From positions 3,663 through 67,662 of the IMG/VR virus record IMGVR_UViG_2974751360_000001: 64,000 bases of DNA; one strand, 5' to 3'. Of this stretch, positions 39,844 through 49,648 are shown one piece after another; positions within the stretch are counted from its first letter, which is position 1, and each line of letters opens with the position of its first letter. Below the pieces are notes generated by a model. That model did not search any database. It was not told where the DNA came from and saw only the letters and a program-made list of their open reading frames with translations. The position numbers were made by a program, and so were the translations under genes. Origin of the DNA: a virus. Lineage: Duplodnaviria; Caudoviricetes.

Positions 39844-40150
39844 GAGGAGTGCTCTCTTTCGGCTCGATCGGGAAGAGTTCGCCGCCGTAGACACCCTCAG
39901 CCTTGGGGTCGCTCAGCGCGGCGGCGAGACAGAGCGAACGCTGGTTGCAGGCTCGGCACACCGCTTTCGCGGCCTCGTGGCGGTCCCCTTTCGCGACGGA
40001 GCTCTCCCCCTTCGCGTTCTTCTCGCCGCCGCCGTCGAGTTCGGCATCCCACAGCCATCGCCCCGGGAAGCGATCGTCGCAGCACAAGGCCTGCCGGTGG
40101 TCGACGGCGAGTTGAGCGGGCGAGAGGAACCCGAGGGAGAGAGCGGTCAC
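39800..40150 (-). CDS. whiB: WhiB family transcription factor
   Basis: C...AKAVCRACNQRSLC...EGVYGG. Confidence 0.8.
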   Translation of the reverse strand: MTALSLGFLSPAQLAVDHRQALCCDDRFPGRWLWDAELDGGGEKNAKGESSVAKGDRHEAAKAVCRACNQRSLCLAAALSDPKAEGVYGGELFPIEPKESTPRGHRADPKEPGLPA

Positions 40151-40428
40151 TGGCGAGGAGCTGCTCGGTCGGACGCGGCGATGATGGCCTCGCGAACGAC
40201 CTCGGGGTTGAAGTACAGGGTGAAGCCCTGGATCTCCAGGCGCTCGGCCACCATGCGCATCATGTTCTCGTTCGAGATCCCCTGCTCTGGGTCCCAGTTG
40301 TCGTCGAGCCGCTTCACCGGGTGGACGTCGGACCCGGCACGGAGCTTGCCGTCCTCGTAGTCCTTGACCACCGAGTTCACGGTGGCGACGAGCCGTTCGG
40401 CGACGGCGATGGGTTCGAGGCGCTTCAC
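40147..40428 (-). CDS. hypothetical protein
   Basis: GTGA overlaps at both ends. Confidence 0.6.
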   Translation of the reverse strand: MKRLEPIAVAERLVATVNSVVKDYEDGKLRAGSDVHPVKRLDDNWDPEQGISNENMMRMVAERLEIQGFTLYFNPEVVREAIIAASDRAAPRQ

Positions 40429-40892
40429 AGTGCAGCTCCAGCGGTCATGAGGGAATCGACGCTCTCTCGGTAGTAGCGAACCTGCTTGGGGCCCAGCGGC
40501 CGGACCCCGACGATCTTGCCCTCGCGCTCCCACCGGCGCAACGTCGGCCGGGACACCCCGAGGAGGTTGGCGGTGGTGTTGGCGTCGATGGTCTCACGGA
40601 TCACTTCGCGGAGCTTCTCGATCTGCTCGGGAGATGCCTTGCGAGGCAGGGTCTTCGAGTCGGAGCGCTTCGCCACGGCCAGACGCCACTGGTAGATCTC
40701 TTCAATGATCTTCTCGTAGTCGTCGATCAGGGTGATCACGGGAACTCGTTGGTGCGAACCGGCCGTCCGGGTGACCGTGAGGGTCTCCATTCCATCGCGC
40801 AGGCAGCGACGAAGGACCCACGCGGGCACACCGAGCAGGACCGCGGCCTGGTTGATACTCACCAGGTTGTCGATCGTGTTGTCAGTGCTCAT
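40425..40892 (-). CDS. tandem MerR/excisionase-like HTH DNA-binding protein
   Basis: SINQAAVLLGVPAWVLRR...RTAGSHQR and TTANLLGVSRPTLRRWEREGKI...RY. Confidence 0.78.
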   Translation of the reverse strand: MSTDNTIDNLVSINQAAVLLGVPAWVLRRCLRDGMETLTVTRTAGSHQRVPVITLIDDYEKIIEEIYQWRLAVAKRSDSKTLPRKASPEQIEKLREVIRETIDANTTANLLGVSRPTLRRWEREGKIVGVRPLGPKQVRYYRESVDSLMTAGAAL

Positions 40893-40921
40893 TGCCTCTT
40901 CCTCAAAGTTGTTTCGATTGC

Positions 40922-41671
40922 TCACAACTGTATCAGATCCCTTCGCACGGCCTCGCCGAGCAGCGGCCACGCGGTGAACATCTTCGCGCGAGAGGCCCGG
41001 ACCTTTCGGAGGAACAGCAAAGCGTGCCGGTCCGCGTCGCGCGCGTGACGGCTGCCGGACTCGTAGAACCCCCAGAGCTTCAGCCGCTCGTCGGTCACCG
41101 AGGACTTCGCCTCGCTCGGCTGCTGCTTGGTCAGCGGGTACGGGACGTTCTTCCCCTCCCACAACAACTGGTCGAGACCCCCGGTGATCCTCACCGGCGA
41201 GAGCGCGTCCCGGCCCTTGCTCTGGGTGCGCAGGATGAAGTCCTCGACGACAACGACCGTCCGAGGTACCCCTGCGGCCACCTGGATCAGCCGCTCGCAG
41301 AGGAACACGCCTGCCGCCTCTCCCGTCTCGGAGTGGCCGAGGTCCCCACCCTGTGCGATCGCCGAGGTCCCCGCTGAGCCGGACTGCGCGCCGCAGTCGA
41401 TCTCGCCGTGATACCAGTGCGTCACGACGTCGTTCGGCCGGACGGTCTTGTCGAGGAGCTTCGCCGGGTCGAGGCGCATGATCGACCAGCCGGTGGTGCC
41501 TCCGGGGTCGAACGCGATGATCGAGAGGTTCCGGGCCAGGTGGTTGCGGATGCCGTCGTCGGTCATGTCGGCGACCTTCTCCTCGAAGGTCCGACTCTCG
41601 TACTCGGGGTTCTCCCGGAACGCGATCTTCCGATCGAGCCACGGTCCGCGGGGCGGGGCGGGCTTCATCAT
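40922..41671 (-). CDS. ruvC: RuvC-like Holliday junction resolvase
   Basis: IAFDPGGTTGW, VVVEDF, HARDA. Confidence 0.78.
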   Translation of the reverse strand: MMKPAPPRGPWLDRKIAFRENPEYESRTFEEKVADMTDDGIRNHLARNLSIIAFDPGGTTGWSIMRLDPAKLLDKTVRPNDVVTHWYHGEIDCGAQSGSAGTSAIAQGGDLGHSETGEAAGVFLCERLIQVAAGVPRTVVVVEDFILRTQSKGRDALSPVRITGGLDQLLWEGKNVPYPLTKQQPSEAKSSVTDERLKLWGFYESGSRHARDADRHALLFLRKVRASRAKMFTAWPLLGEAVRRDLIQL

Positions 41672-44600
41672 TCCTCCAACTCGATCAGGGTGAGTTCTTC
41701 TGCCTGGACGCTGGGGCCGTGGCCCTCGCGCGCGATTCCGAGGACGTGGACCGCGGTGTTGGGGCCGACCGCCGCCAGGTCTTCGGCGTGCTCGGGATAC
41801 AGGTACCGATGGACGTAGATGTGGACCTCGATCCCCTCTCCGTCCTCGGCGATGATCGTGGCCTTCGTCGACAGCTCGGGGTTCTTCGTCACCTCGCGGA
41901 GATGCTCGATCGACTCGCCGGTGCGACGGCGCAGGCCCTCGAAGTGGTCCTTGATGACCACCTCGCGGATCAGCCCGATGAACACCACTCGCTCGTCAAC
42001 GCTGTCGAGCAGCAGGTTCGACGGGGTGCTCTCGCCGAGCAGACCCACCTCGCCGTCGGCGATCGACGCCTCGATACTGGCGACGGCCTGCGCGGCACGG
42101 TTGATCCCGAACGGATCCGGATCGTCCGACATTGCGATGAGCCGCTCCACCATCTTCGCCCCGACGCCGGGCACTCCACGCGAGGGCTCGTCCGGCTTGG
42201 TCTTGCGACCCCGCTTCGGCGCGACGTAGCGCATCTCTCCCCACTCCAGACCGACCAGGCCGAAGTCGATCGGAGAGCCGCCGGTCTTCCGAGCGTCGCG
42301 CCAGTCGACCATCTTCTGGCCGACCTTCTCCGCGACGCCGTCGACCTGGGTGAACCCGGCACGGATCGCGCTGGGCCCCTTGAACGGGGCCCGGATCGGG
42401 CTGCCGTCGGCGTCGAGACCGCGGAACTCGTCGGTCCACACCGGCTCCCACGTCAACTCCGACTTCGCGAGGCTCGGCGGGAGGATACTGATCCCGTGTC
42501 GCGTTGCATCCTTCATGAGGGCCAGAGATTGATCCTTGTCCGCGCGGCGCAGCGCCGCCGCGAAGAACTCGCGAGGGTAGTAGAGCTTCAGCCAGGCGAG
42601 CCAGTAGCCGACGACCGCGTAGCAGACCGCGTGCGCGATGTTGAACAGGTAGCTCGATGACGCGGCCATGTAGTCCCACAGCTCCCGGGCCTCGCTCTCG
42701 TTGAGCCCGATCTCGCGCTTCATGCCGTCCCGGAACTCCTCCCAGAAGGCCTCGAAGGCACCACCCTGCTTCTTCTTTCCGATGATCCGGCGCAGCGCCC
42801 CGACCCGCGCGCCGGGCATCCCCGCGGCGCGGCCCATGTCCATCACCTGTTCCTGGTAGACCAGGCAGCCGTTGGTGGACTCCAGCACCGCATTCAACTC
42901 CGGGAAGCCCCACCAGTCGCGCGGTTCTTCCTTCCCCATCTCGACGGCCTCGTAGTGCTTGGTCTGCCCCGAGATCAGCGCACCGGGACGCGACAGCGCG
43001 TTGACGTCGGCGAGGTGGCGGAACTCGAACTCGGTCGTCGCGGCGAGGGTGTTGACGATCCCGCGGGTGGTCCGTCCGTCGAACTGGAAGATGCCGGTGA
43101 GGTCGCCGGTCCCGAAGATCTCGTCGAACACCCGCCGGTCGTCGCGCGGCAGCGCGTAGAGGTCGGTCCAGGACATGCCGATCCAGCCGAGCGCATCGGA
43201 GATCAGGCCGAGCGTCGCCAGCCCGAGGATGTCGAGCTTCAGCATCCCGAGGTACTCGGCATCGCGTTTGTCATACGCGATGCCCCGGCGGGTCACGCCG
43301 TCCTTGGTCTGGGTGTAGATCGCGCACGTCTCGACGATGGGCTTGGTCGAGATCACCAGCCCGGCCGCGTGGATGCCGAGACCGCGGTAGTCGCCCTCGA
43401 TCTTCTCGGCCATGCGCAGGTCGGGGTACTTCTCAACGATCTCCTGGGCCCGCTTGAAGTTGGCGATCGCATCGGTCACCGAGTAGTTCTCACGGGGGTC
43501 GCCGTCCTCGCGGTCGACGATGAGATCCTTCAGCTCGTGGACTTCGGCGAAGTCGAGCAACTCGTGCGCGCGAGCGACGTCCTTGACCGACGTCCGGCCG
43601 CGGTAGCGCATGTAGTTCGCGATGTGGCTGGTCTTCTCAGCGCCGTACTTTTCTGTGGCGTAGGCGAATACGGCCTTCGGGTTCTCGAAGTCGATGTCGA
43701 TGTCGGGGTCGTCCGGTCGCGACGGGTCGATGAACCGCTCGAACTGCATGAGCGGGAACTCCATCGGGTCGATCTCGGTGATGCGCAGCAAGTAGCAGAT
43801 CTCCGACCCGGCAGCTGAGCCACGGCCGGGGCCGACCCCCATCTTCGCGACGTCCTTGGCCCATCGGACCAGGTCGGAGCACACGAGGAAATAGTCGCAG
43901 AACCCTTTCTCTTCGAGCAGGCCGAACTCGTAGTGGATCCGCTTCAGGTAGGCATCGGTGTCGTCGTCCCAGCGCTGCGCGAAGCGAGGGTCGGTGTTCG
44001 AGCGGAACTCGATCCCGTCATTGATCCACTCGCGCAGCCGGTCCGGCGCGGACATCTGCTTGCCCCGCTCGATGTAGATGACGCGCTCCGACTTCGGCAG
44101 CTCGACGGTGCAGCGGTCGGCGATCTCGCGGGCCCCGCGGATGGCGGCGTTGGCCTCCCGGCGACTGAGATCGCAGGCCATGAGCTTCTCTTGGCACTCG
44201 GTGTCTGATTCGGGGTAGGTCAGCCGGACGTCGTACTCCCAGTCGGCGTCTTGGGTCTCAACGGTCCCACCGCGGTGTGCCGCGTGAAGCATTCTCTGGA
44301 TGGCGTTCTGATCCGGGTAGGGGTAGTGGACGTCGGCCGTCGCGACGGTGGGGATGCCGTCGGCCGCGGCGATGTCGCCGAAGACCTGGTTGAGCAGCAC
44401 CGATCGCTCCAGCTCGGGGAACATCTGCATCTCCAGGTAGAACCGGTCGCCGTAGACCTTCTGGAACTTTGCGATGAGCGCGCGGGTCTCGTCGACGGAC
44501 TCCCGGGTCCAGTCGTCGCGCCGGTCTCCCAGGGTCTTGCCGCCCAGTAGCGTGCAGGAGATCCACGAGTCTGCACACCCACTGGTCACGATGAGGCCGC

Positions 44601-44970
44601 GGGTCAGCTCGGGGTCGAGGATCTGATTCAGGTGCAGGCGGGGGACGTACTTGGTCTGCTCCCAAGCCAGACCGACGAGCCGATTGAGGTTGCGATACCC
44701 CTCGGCGTTCATCGCGAGCACGGTCTGGTGGAAGTGCCGTCGGCGGGGCTCGTCGGCCGGGGCGATGTCGAACTCGCAGCCGAAGATCGGCTTGATCCCG
44801 GCCTCGTTCGCGGCCTGTTCGAGCTGGACGTGCGACGAGAGGTTCCGGTGCTCGGTCAGCCCGAGCGCGTCCATCCCCAGCTCTTTGACCCGCGCGACGT
44901 GGTGTTTCGGCAGCTTGTGGCCGTCACCGTGGGACGACGAGGTGTGCGTGTGCAGCGATACCCACTCCAT
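41668..44970 (-). CDS. dnaE: DNA polymerase III alpha subunit (DnaE-like)
   Basis: PHP domain LHTHT..S..DG; GPGRGSAAGS; PDIDIDF; HAAG; KLDILGL; FNIAHA..Y. Confidence 0.95.
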   Translation of the reverse strand: MEWVSLHTHTSSSHGDGHKLPKHHVARVKELGMDALGLTEHRNLSSHVQLEQAANEAGIKPIFGCEFDIAPADEPRRRHFHQTVLAMNAEGYRNLNRLVGLAWEQTKYVPRLHLNQILDPELTRGLIVTSGCADSWISCTLLGGKTLGDRRDDWTRESVDETRALIAKFQKVYGDRFYLEMQMFPELERSVLLNQVFGDIAAADGIPTVATADVHYPYPDQNAIQRMLHAAHRGGTVETQDADWEYDVRLTYPESDTECQEKLMACDLSRREANAAIRGAREIADRCTVELPKSERVIYIERGKQMSAPDRLREWINDGIEFRSNTDPRFAQRWDDDTDAYLKRIHYEFGLLEEKGFCDYFLVCSDLVRWAKDVAKMGVGPGRGSAAGSEICYLLRITEIDPMEFPLMQFERFIDPSRPDDPDIDIDFENPKAVFAYATEKYGAEKTSHIANYMRYRGRTSVKDVARAHELLDFAEVHELKDLIVDREDGDPRENYSVTDAIANFKRAQEIVEKYPDLRMAEKIEGDYRGLGIHAAGLVISTKPIVETCAIYTQTKDGVTRRGIAYDKRDAEYLGMLKLDILGLATLGLISDALGWIGMSWTDLYALPRDDRRVFDEIFGTGDLTGIFQFDGRTTRGIVNTLAATTEFEFRHLADVNALSRPGALISGQTKHYEAVEMGKEEPRDWWGFPELNAVLESTNGCLVYQEQVMDMGRAAGMPGARVGALRRIIGKKKQGGAFEAFWEEFRDGMKREIGLNESEARELWDYMAASSSYLFNIAHAVCYAVVGYWLAWLKLYYPREFFAAALRRADKDQSLALMKDATRHGISILPPSLAKSELTWEPVWTDEFRGLDADGSPIRAPFKGPSAIRAGFTQVDGVAEKVGQKMVDWRDARKTGGSPIDFGLVGLEWGEMRYVAPKRGRKTKPDEPSRGVPGVGAKMVERLIAMSDDPDPFGINRAAQAVASIEASIADGEVGLLGESTPSNLLLDSVDERVVFIGLIREVVIKDHFEGLRRRTGESIEHLREVTKNPELSTKATIIAEDGEGIEVHIYVHRYLYPEHAEDLAAVGPNTAVHVLGIAREGHGPSVQAEELTLIELEE

Positions 44971-45326
44971 CAGAGCGATCCGCCCTTCCGTAGTCCGTCA
45001 AGGTGCGAGAAGTCGAGAGGGGCCCGGATCGCACGCTCGGTAGCGGCCAGACGGGCCTTCATGCCCTCGAACGGGTCGATGTACCCCCGGTAGAGATCCT
45101 TCGGTGCGTTGAGGATTCGACCCCTGAAGATCTTCTGACCGTTCTCGTCGAAAGAGGACAGCGGGGCGAAGTAGTGCCGAGAGGGAGAGTCTGGCGCTCG
45201 GTGACGTCGTCCTTCGTCGTGTCCGGCAACCAGTGTGCAACGCATCATGGCGCCCGTCTTGGACTCGCGGACGTATTCGCAACGGCCGCGCGGTTTCAGC
45301 GTCGAGACGCGGTTGACGATGGTCAT
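44970..45326 (-). CDS. hypothetical protein
   Basis: GGAGG RBS; C...CTLVAGHDEGRRH. Confidence 0.65.
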   Translation of the reverse strand: MTIVNRVSTLKPRGRCEYVRESKTGAMMRCTLVAGHDEGRRHRAPDSPSRHYFAPLSSFDENGQKIFRGRILNAPKDLYRGYIDPFEGMKARLAATERAIRAPLDFSHLDGLRKGGSL

Positions 45327-45372
45327 GGTTCCTCCAAAATTGCCGGAAAATCCGGGGAAGTTGCTGGGGCAA

Positions 45373-45402
45373 ACTTTACCGATTGACGTCAATTGAAGTC
45401 AA
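45373..45402 (-). promoter_or_regulatory. leftward promoter with TTGACGTCAA in the spacer
   Basis: TTGACT-18 bp-TAAAGT on the minus strand, upstream of the dnaE operon. Confidence 0.7.
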
Positions 45403-45620
45403 GCGACGTTCCGGCCACGCGAGCCGATGAGCCAACTCTTGAAGGTGATCATGTTGTGCCGGACGGCCCACTCTCGCATCTCCTCCGCGTGATCGGAGCA
45501 CTCGTTCTCGCGCTCGATCTCCTGCCGGTACCGTTCCTCGCGGTACTCGCTGACCAGGCGGGCATGGTCGGACGAGCACTGCACGTGGTCGGGGTTGCAG
45601 CGCAGGTGCCGCGGGATCAC
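45399..45620 (-). CDS. hypothetical protein (ITFKSWL motif)
   Basis: GTGA overlap; 73 aa. Confidence 0.6.
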   Translation of the reverse strand: MIPRHLRCNPDHVQCSSDHARLVSEYREERYRQEIERENECSDHAEEMREWAVRHNMITFKSWLIGSRGRNVA

Positions 45621-46177
45621 CGCTCTGGGAAGATGTCCACAGCCTCGACCGGCGGGTTTCCGGGCTTGCGGATGAACAGGGGCACCCCTTCGTCGGTGAC
45701 GCCGATCTGGACGTACTCCCCGAGCTCTCCCGAGGGTTCGGCGCGGTCGACTGGAGGCAGCTCGGCCAACGCCTCGTTGAGCCGGTCCTTCGCGGTCTCG
45801 GTGACGAACTCCTCGACCGTCTTTCGCAGTCGGTCGGTCTCGATCGCGCCGGTGATCATCGTGTCGACGTTGCCGCCGCGGACCAGCAGCAGGCAGGGGG
45901 TGTGGCTCAGCATCGCCTCTTCGAGGAACCGACGGACCTCTGGCGGTTGAGCCGAGAACGGGGCCGTGCGGAGCGCGGTGGCGAACCGGAGCTTCTGGTG
46001 CGGGATGTCCTGGCAGGCGCTATCCATCACTTCGAGAAGGTAGTCGTAGAGCGGCTCGTCGGGTCGGCCGACGAGAATGACCCACCGGCTCCGCTGGTTG
46101 GTGTTCAGCGCGGCCTGGTGGACGAGCATGTTCGATAGATCGGGCAGTTCGTTGGGGTTGGTCGGGATGTTCGGCAT
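45617..46177 (-). CDS. hypothetical protein
   Basis: GAGGAG RBS before MPNIPTN. Confidence 0.7.
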   Translation of the reverse strand: MPNIPTNPNELPDLSNMLVHQAALNTNQRSRWVILVGRPDEPLYDYLLEVMDSACQDIPHQKLRFATALRTAPFSAQPPEVRRFLEEAMLSHTPCLLLVRGGNVDTMITGAIETDRLRKTVEEFVTETAKDRLNEALAELPPVDRAEPSGELGEYVQIGVTDEGVPLFIRKPGNPPVEAVDIFPER

Positions 46178-46202
46178 ATCGGGCTCCTCGGGGCAATAGG
46201 AA

Positions 46203-46239
46203 GAGCGGGTGGACCGACCCCTCATCGGTCCACCCGCTC
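46203..46239 (-). terminator. strong intergenic hairpin
   Basis: GAGCGGGTGGACCGA-loop-TCGGTCCACCCGCTC. Confidence 0.6.
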
Positions 46240-46246
46240 GGGTGGG

Positions 46247-47164
46247 TCAGAACGCGCTGCGGCGCCTGCGACCGGCAGCGGGCTTCTTCGGCTCCGGCTC
46301 GGGCTCCGGCTCCGGCTCTTCGGCCACATAGCCGTCTTCGTCGCCGTCCTCGGACACGTATTCGCCCTCGTCCTCCTCGTCGGGGACCTCGTACGTCGGA
46401 TCGTCATCGTCGTCGCCGGTACCGCTCTCGTCCGGCTCCGATTCGGCTTCCGGGTCATCATCGACGACCGCGTCACCGTCGTCATCCGACACGACCTCGT
46501 CGTTGTCGGTCTCGGTCAGGACGTCGTCGACCGAATCGCCATCGTCTTCGACGATCACGTCCTCGTCGTCGGTGATGGGGTCCGGGACCTCGTGGTCACC
46601 GGGGTAGATGTCGTTGACTCGCAGCGAGCGGCGAACGGTCTTCTCGACCTTCTTCGTCTTCGGATTGAGCTTCTTCGCGGTGTAGTTCTCCCCACGGGCC
46701 GAGACGACGACCGGGAACCCCTTGAAGTCCTTTCCGCTGGTCACGAGCTTGCCCATGCGGATGATCTTCTCGCCCTTGTCGTCGAGCACCGCGTTGCCAC
46801 CCCAGAACACCGCGCGGAGCTTGTCGTCGCCGGAGATGGCGTCGAACAGCCGGTTGATCTGGCCGACCTTCAGGTCGATGTAGTCCTCTTCCATGCTCTC
46901 CGGGATCACGAGGCGATGGAAGATCGCGAAACCGTTGTAGATCGAGTTGTCGTGGCTCTTCGGGGCCTCGAACTCGATGATGGCGACCAGCATGGGCTTC
47001 TTGGGCTTGTCCTCGCTGCCCTTGGTCTCCTTGATCTGCAACTGCTTGATCTTCGCGGCGTAGACCCCGGGAGGAGGGGTGGGGCCGGTGTAGTTGGCGA
47101 ACCCAGTCGCCGCCTCGACCTTCGCCGCCTCGGCGCCGATCTTCAGCTTCAGCTTCACTGCCAT
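46247..47164 (-). CDS. putative single-stranded DNA-binding protein with long acidic tail
   Basis: YTGPTPPPGVYAAKI N-terminus; very acidic C-terminus; follows AAA ATPase. Confidence 0.55.
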   Translation of the reverse strand: MAVKLKLKIGAEAAKVEAATGFANYTGPTPPPGVYAAKIKQLQIKETKGSEDKPKKPMLVAIIEFEAPKSHDNSIYNGFAIFHRLVIPESMEEDYIDLKVGQINRLFDAISGDDKLRAVFWGGNAVLDDKGEKIIRMGKLVTSGKDFKGFPVVVSARGENYTAKKLNPKTKKVEKTVRRSLRVNDIYPGDHEVPDPITDDEDVIVEDDGDSVDDVLTETDNDEVVSDDDGDAVVDDDPEAESEPDESGTGDDDDDPTYEVPDEEDEGEYVSEDGDEDGYVAEEPEPEPEPEPKKPAAGRRRRSAF

Positions 47165-47176
47165 TGTCGTTTTCTC

Positions 47177-48040
47177 CTATTCGCCCTGGTTGGGGGCTGT
47201 TTGTGGGGCCTTCTTCGCAGGTGCCTTCTTCGCCGGGGCCTTCTTCGGCGCCGGAGCTTCTTCCTCGACCGAGTTGGCCGCGACGATCTTGTCGGTGATC
47301 TGCGCGAGACCCATCCCGATCGTGCGAGGACCGAGCGCGTCGAAACGGTCCTTTGCCATGTACCGGTCGGTCCCGCGCCACTCGATCACCCGTCGGGGCG
47401 TGACCTTCTGGGTCTTCGCGTCCTTGACGTCGCGGAAGTGCATGTAGCCGACGAGGTGCATCTGCGCGGCGATCCAGTTCGCCACGCCGTACCCCTTGCC
47501 GTGGAAGTTGGGGAGCTTGAACTCCTCGCCTTCCTCATTGGTCACGAGCATCGCGTGCGCGGTCCAGAGGACGTTCACCGGCAGCGCGTTGAACAGGGTG
47601 ATGTAGCGCATGAGGCGCTGCTGCTCTTTGCCATATTCGTCGAGGTGGACCTTGTCCGGATCGAGATCCTTCGCGGTGCCCTCCTCGACGCGCTCGTCGA
47701 CGATGTCGCGCCGGATGTTGAGCTGGAGCTGAGTGCCGGTGTCGACACACACCCAGTCGAACGGAAAGCCCGGCTTCTCGGCGTTCTCGGCCAGCCACTC
47801 GTAAGCCTCCTCGAACTTCTCCCACGAGTTGATGCAGTCCCAGACTTTGGTGTTGCCCGACGACTTCCGTGCCGACACGGTGCCGTTCTCGGTGGCGAGG
47901 ATCAGCGGGTTCCGTGCGGATCCGGCGATGCGGGTCTTCCCGATGCCCGGGTCCCCGTAGAGCAGGATCGTGATGTATTCGGTGTACTCGTCGATGTCGA
48001 CGATGTCACCAGGGAGCTCGAAAACGGTGTTAGCGGTCAA
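47177..48040 (-). CDS. AAA ATPase (Sak4/RecA-like recombinase)
   Basis: LLYGDPGIGKT, VCVDTGT, WTAH, AKDRF; KKAPA repeats at C-terminus. Confidence 0.8.
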   Translation of the reverse strand: MTANTVFELPGDIVDIDEYTEYITILLYGDPGIGKTRIAGSARNPLILATENGTVSARKSSGNTKVWDCINSWEKFEEAYEWLAENAEKPGFPFDWVCVDTGTQLQLNIRRDIVDERVEEGTAKDLDPDKVHLDEYGKEQQRLMRYITLFNALPVNVLWTAHAMLVTNEEGEEFKLPNFHGKGYGVANWIAAQMHLVGYMHFRDVKDAKTQKVTPRRVIEWRGTDRYMAKDRFDALGPRTIGMGLAQITDKIVAANSVEEEAPAPKKAPAKKAPAKKAPQTAPNQGE

Positions 48041-48402
48041 AACGAAAGCTCCTGAATGAGTTCGATCGTGGGAAGCCGAAGAATCGTGTGAAGCAGGTCT
48101 GGATACCAGGACCCGACTTCCTTGGCAAGATCCGGTCTCTCTACGTCGATCGCTTCCGGCGTCCGATTCAAATGGGAGGTTCGGATGGTCACTCGTACCA
48201 ATCGTCCCCGAGAAAACCCGAGAGCCCGAACGAGAACGTCTTCGTCCCCAACAGGACGGTTGTGACCGGGGTCGACGCGGGCAATCAAAAGCCCGTCTCC
48301 GGCGTGTTCGTGAAAATCGTGCGGGTGCCCGGAAGGCAGATTGGCGAAATCCTCGACCGACAAGGGTCGGTAGTGCTCGGGACGGGTAACGGGTCGAGTC
48401 AT
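48037..48402 (-). CDS. hypothetical protein with atypical codon usage
   Basis: AAGAGG RBS; many A/T-ending codons. Confidence 0.55.
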   Translation of the reverse strand: MTRPVTRPEHYRPLSVEDFANLPSGHPHDFHEHAGDGLLIARVDPGHNRPVGDEDVLVRALGFSRGRLVRVTIRTSHLNRTPEAIDVERPDLAKEVGSWYPDLLHTILRLPTIELIQELSF

Positions 48403-48418
48403 TATTCCTCTTCTCTTG

Positions 48419-48433
48419 CTGTTGACGTCAACT
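48419..48433. promoter_or_regulatory. TTGACGTCAA palindrome (operator-like)
   Basis: GTTGACGTCAAC in a 40-bp intergenic gap. Confidence 0.6.
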
Positions 48434-48442
48434 GTACCAGAC

Positions 48443-49648
48443 TCAGAAGTCGCCGCGTCGGTCTTCGCCGCGGTGAGCCTCATACGGGTCGCGGACCCGG
48501 AACGCCGCGTCCTTCAGCATCTCGATGTCGCCGCCGTTCTCGTCAGCCAGGCACAGGTCGTAGAAGTCGCAGTCCCAGGTGCAGTCGCGGGTCGGCGTCT
48601 TGTACAGCGGGAGCAGACCCTCGCGCATCGCGTTCATCGTCTGCACCTCGTCGGCGATGTGCTGGATCTGCTTGCGGCGCTCCTTCGCCGTGCGGAGCAC
48701 CTTCTCGCGCTTGAACCGCGGGCTCGGCTGAGTGCTCGACACCTCGCCGAGTACGGTCAGGTCGACCTCGTCAGCGATCTCGACGAGGTCATCGAGCTTC
48801 GCTTTGGTGAGGGATTTCTCCATAGCCGGGCCGGTGACCGTGATCCACTCCTGGTCGGTGCCGGAGGCCACCGCGAGCTTCGCGTGGTGCTCCAGGATCG
48901 CCGCGATGAAGTGCTCCTTCTTCGGCTTGTTGGTCGCCAGCCCCTTCTCGTTGACTGGCCGACCGTCCGGTGGCGCCTTCATCAGGAAGTTGTAGAGGAT
49001 GCCGGAGATCCGCTCCTTTCCGCCGATGACCTGCTGGCGCCGGAGCACGTTGTCAGCGACGGCCCAGTAGCCTCCCGCCTGGTCGTCGAGCGGCAGATGG
49101 TTGGTCCGGATGGACCGGGCCGTTTTGTGGTCCCACAGCCAGATCGAGCCGTTGTGCGCGTGATCCCGGGCGACGATGTCGAAGGTGCCGTGGAACTGTG
49201 CGACCGGCGTCAGGTCCTTCGGCCGGTCAGGGTCGACGCCGGTGGACCGCGGGATCTTGACGCCGAAGGCCTGCTCGGGCGAGAGGATCTCCCAGTTGTC
49301 GTCCTGGCCGAACTCGACGAGGTAGTTCGCGAGCATCGCCAGGCCGACGGCCTCGGCATCCATCACGATCTGGTCGGCGTCCGGCGGCAGCCCGCTGTTG
49401 CGCATGTCGACGCGGATCAGCTCGCGCACACCCTCGCAGTACTCCGACCATGTCTCTTCGAGGTCCCGGCCTCGCTTGAAGCCTGGGATGTACCACTGCT
49501 CGAAGGCCAGGTGGATGCCCGTGCCGAACCACAGCGGGAGCTTCTGCCGCTTCGACTCCAGGCCGTCGCGCCAACCCCACCACCACCGCTGCGGGCACCG
49601 CTTGAAGTCCTTGCGCTCCGACCCGCGGAGCAGGGGGAGGTCAGTCAT
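48443..49648 (-). CDS. Cas4-like PD-(D/E)xK exonuclease
   Basis: FKRCPQRW, GTGIH, GTFD, WDHKT, CTWDCDFYDLC. Confidence 0.82.
   Translation of the reverse strand: MTDLPLLRGSERKDFKRCPQRWWWGWRDGLESKRQKLPLWFGTGIHLAFEQWYIPGFKRGRDLEETWSEYCEGVRELIRVDMRNSGLPPDADQIVMDAEAVGLAMLANYLVEFGQDDNWEILSPEQAFGVKIPRSTGVDPDRPKDLTPVAQFHGTFDIVARDHAHNGSIWLWDHKTARSIRTNHLPLDDQAGGYWAVADNVLRRQQVIGGKERISGILYNFLMKAPPDGRPVNEKGLATNKPKKEHFIAAILEHHAKLAVASGTDQEWITVTGPAMEKSLTKAKLDDLVEIADEVDLTVLGEVSSTQPSPRFKREKVLRTAKERRKQIQHIADEVQTMNAMREGLLPLYKTPTRDCTWDCDFYDLCLADENGGDIEMLKDAAFRVRDPYEAHRGEDRRGDF

Noticed and set aside
40425-40892. Excisionase-like HTH as a sign of lysogeny
   Set aside because: No integrase, attP or parAB was seen in the window; sequence outside the window is unknown.
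41668-44970. Intein or intron in DnaE, terminase or helicases
   Set aside because: Lengths are ordinary and no intein splice motifs (C/S...HN) or LAGLIDADG blocks were recognised.
47208-47255. KKAPA and PEPEPE peptide repeats
   Set aside because: In-frame low-complexity protein tails that are common in actinobacterial proteins; no DNA-level signal.
48443-49648. Cas4-like gene as evidence of a CRISPR system
   Set aside because: Stand-alone PD-(D/E)xK exonuclease in a standard phage recombination module.
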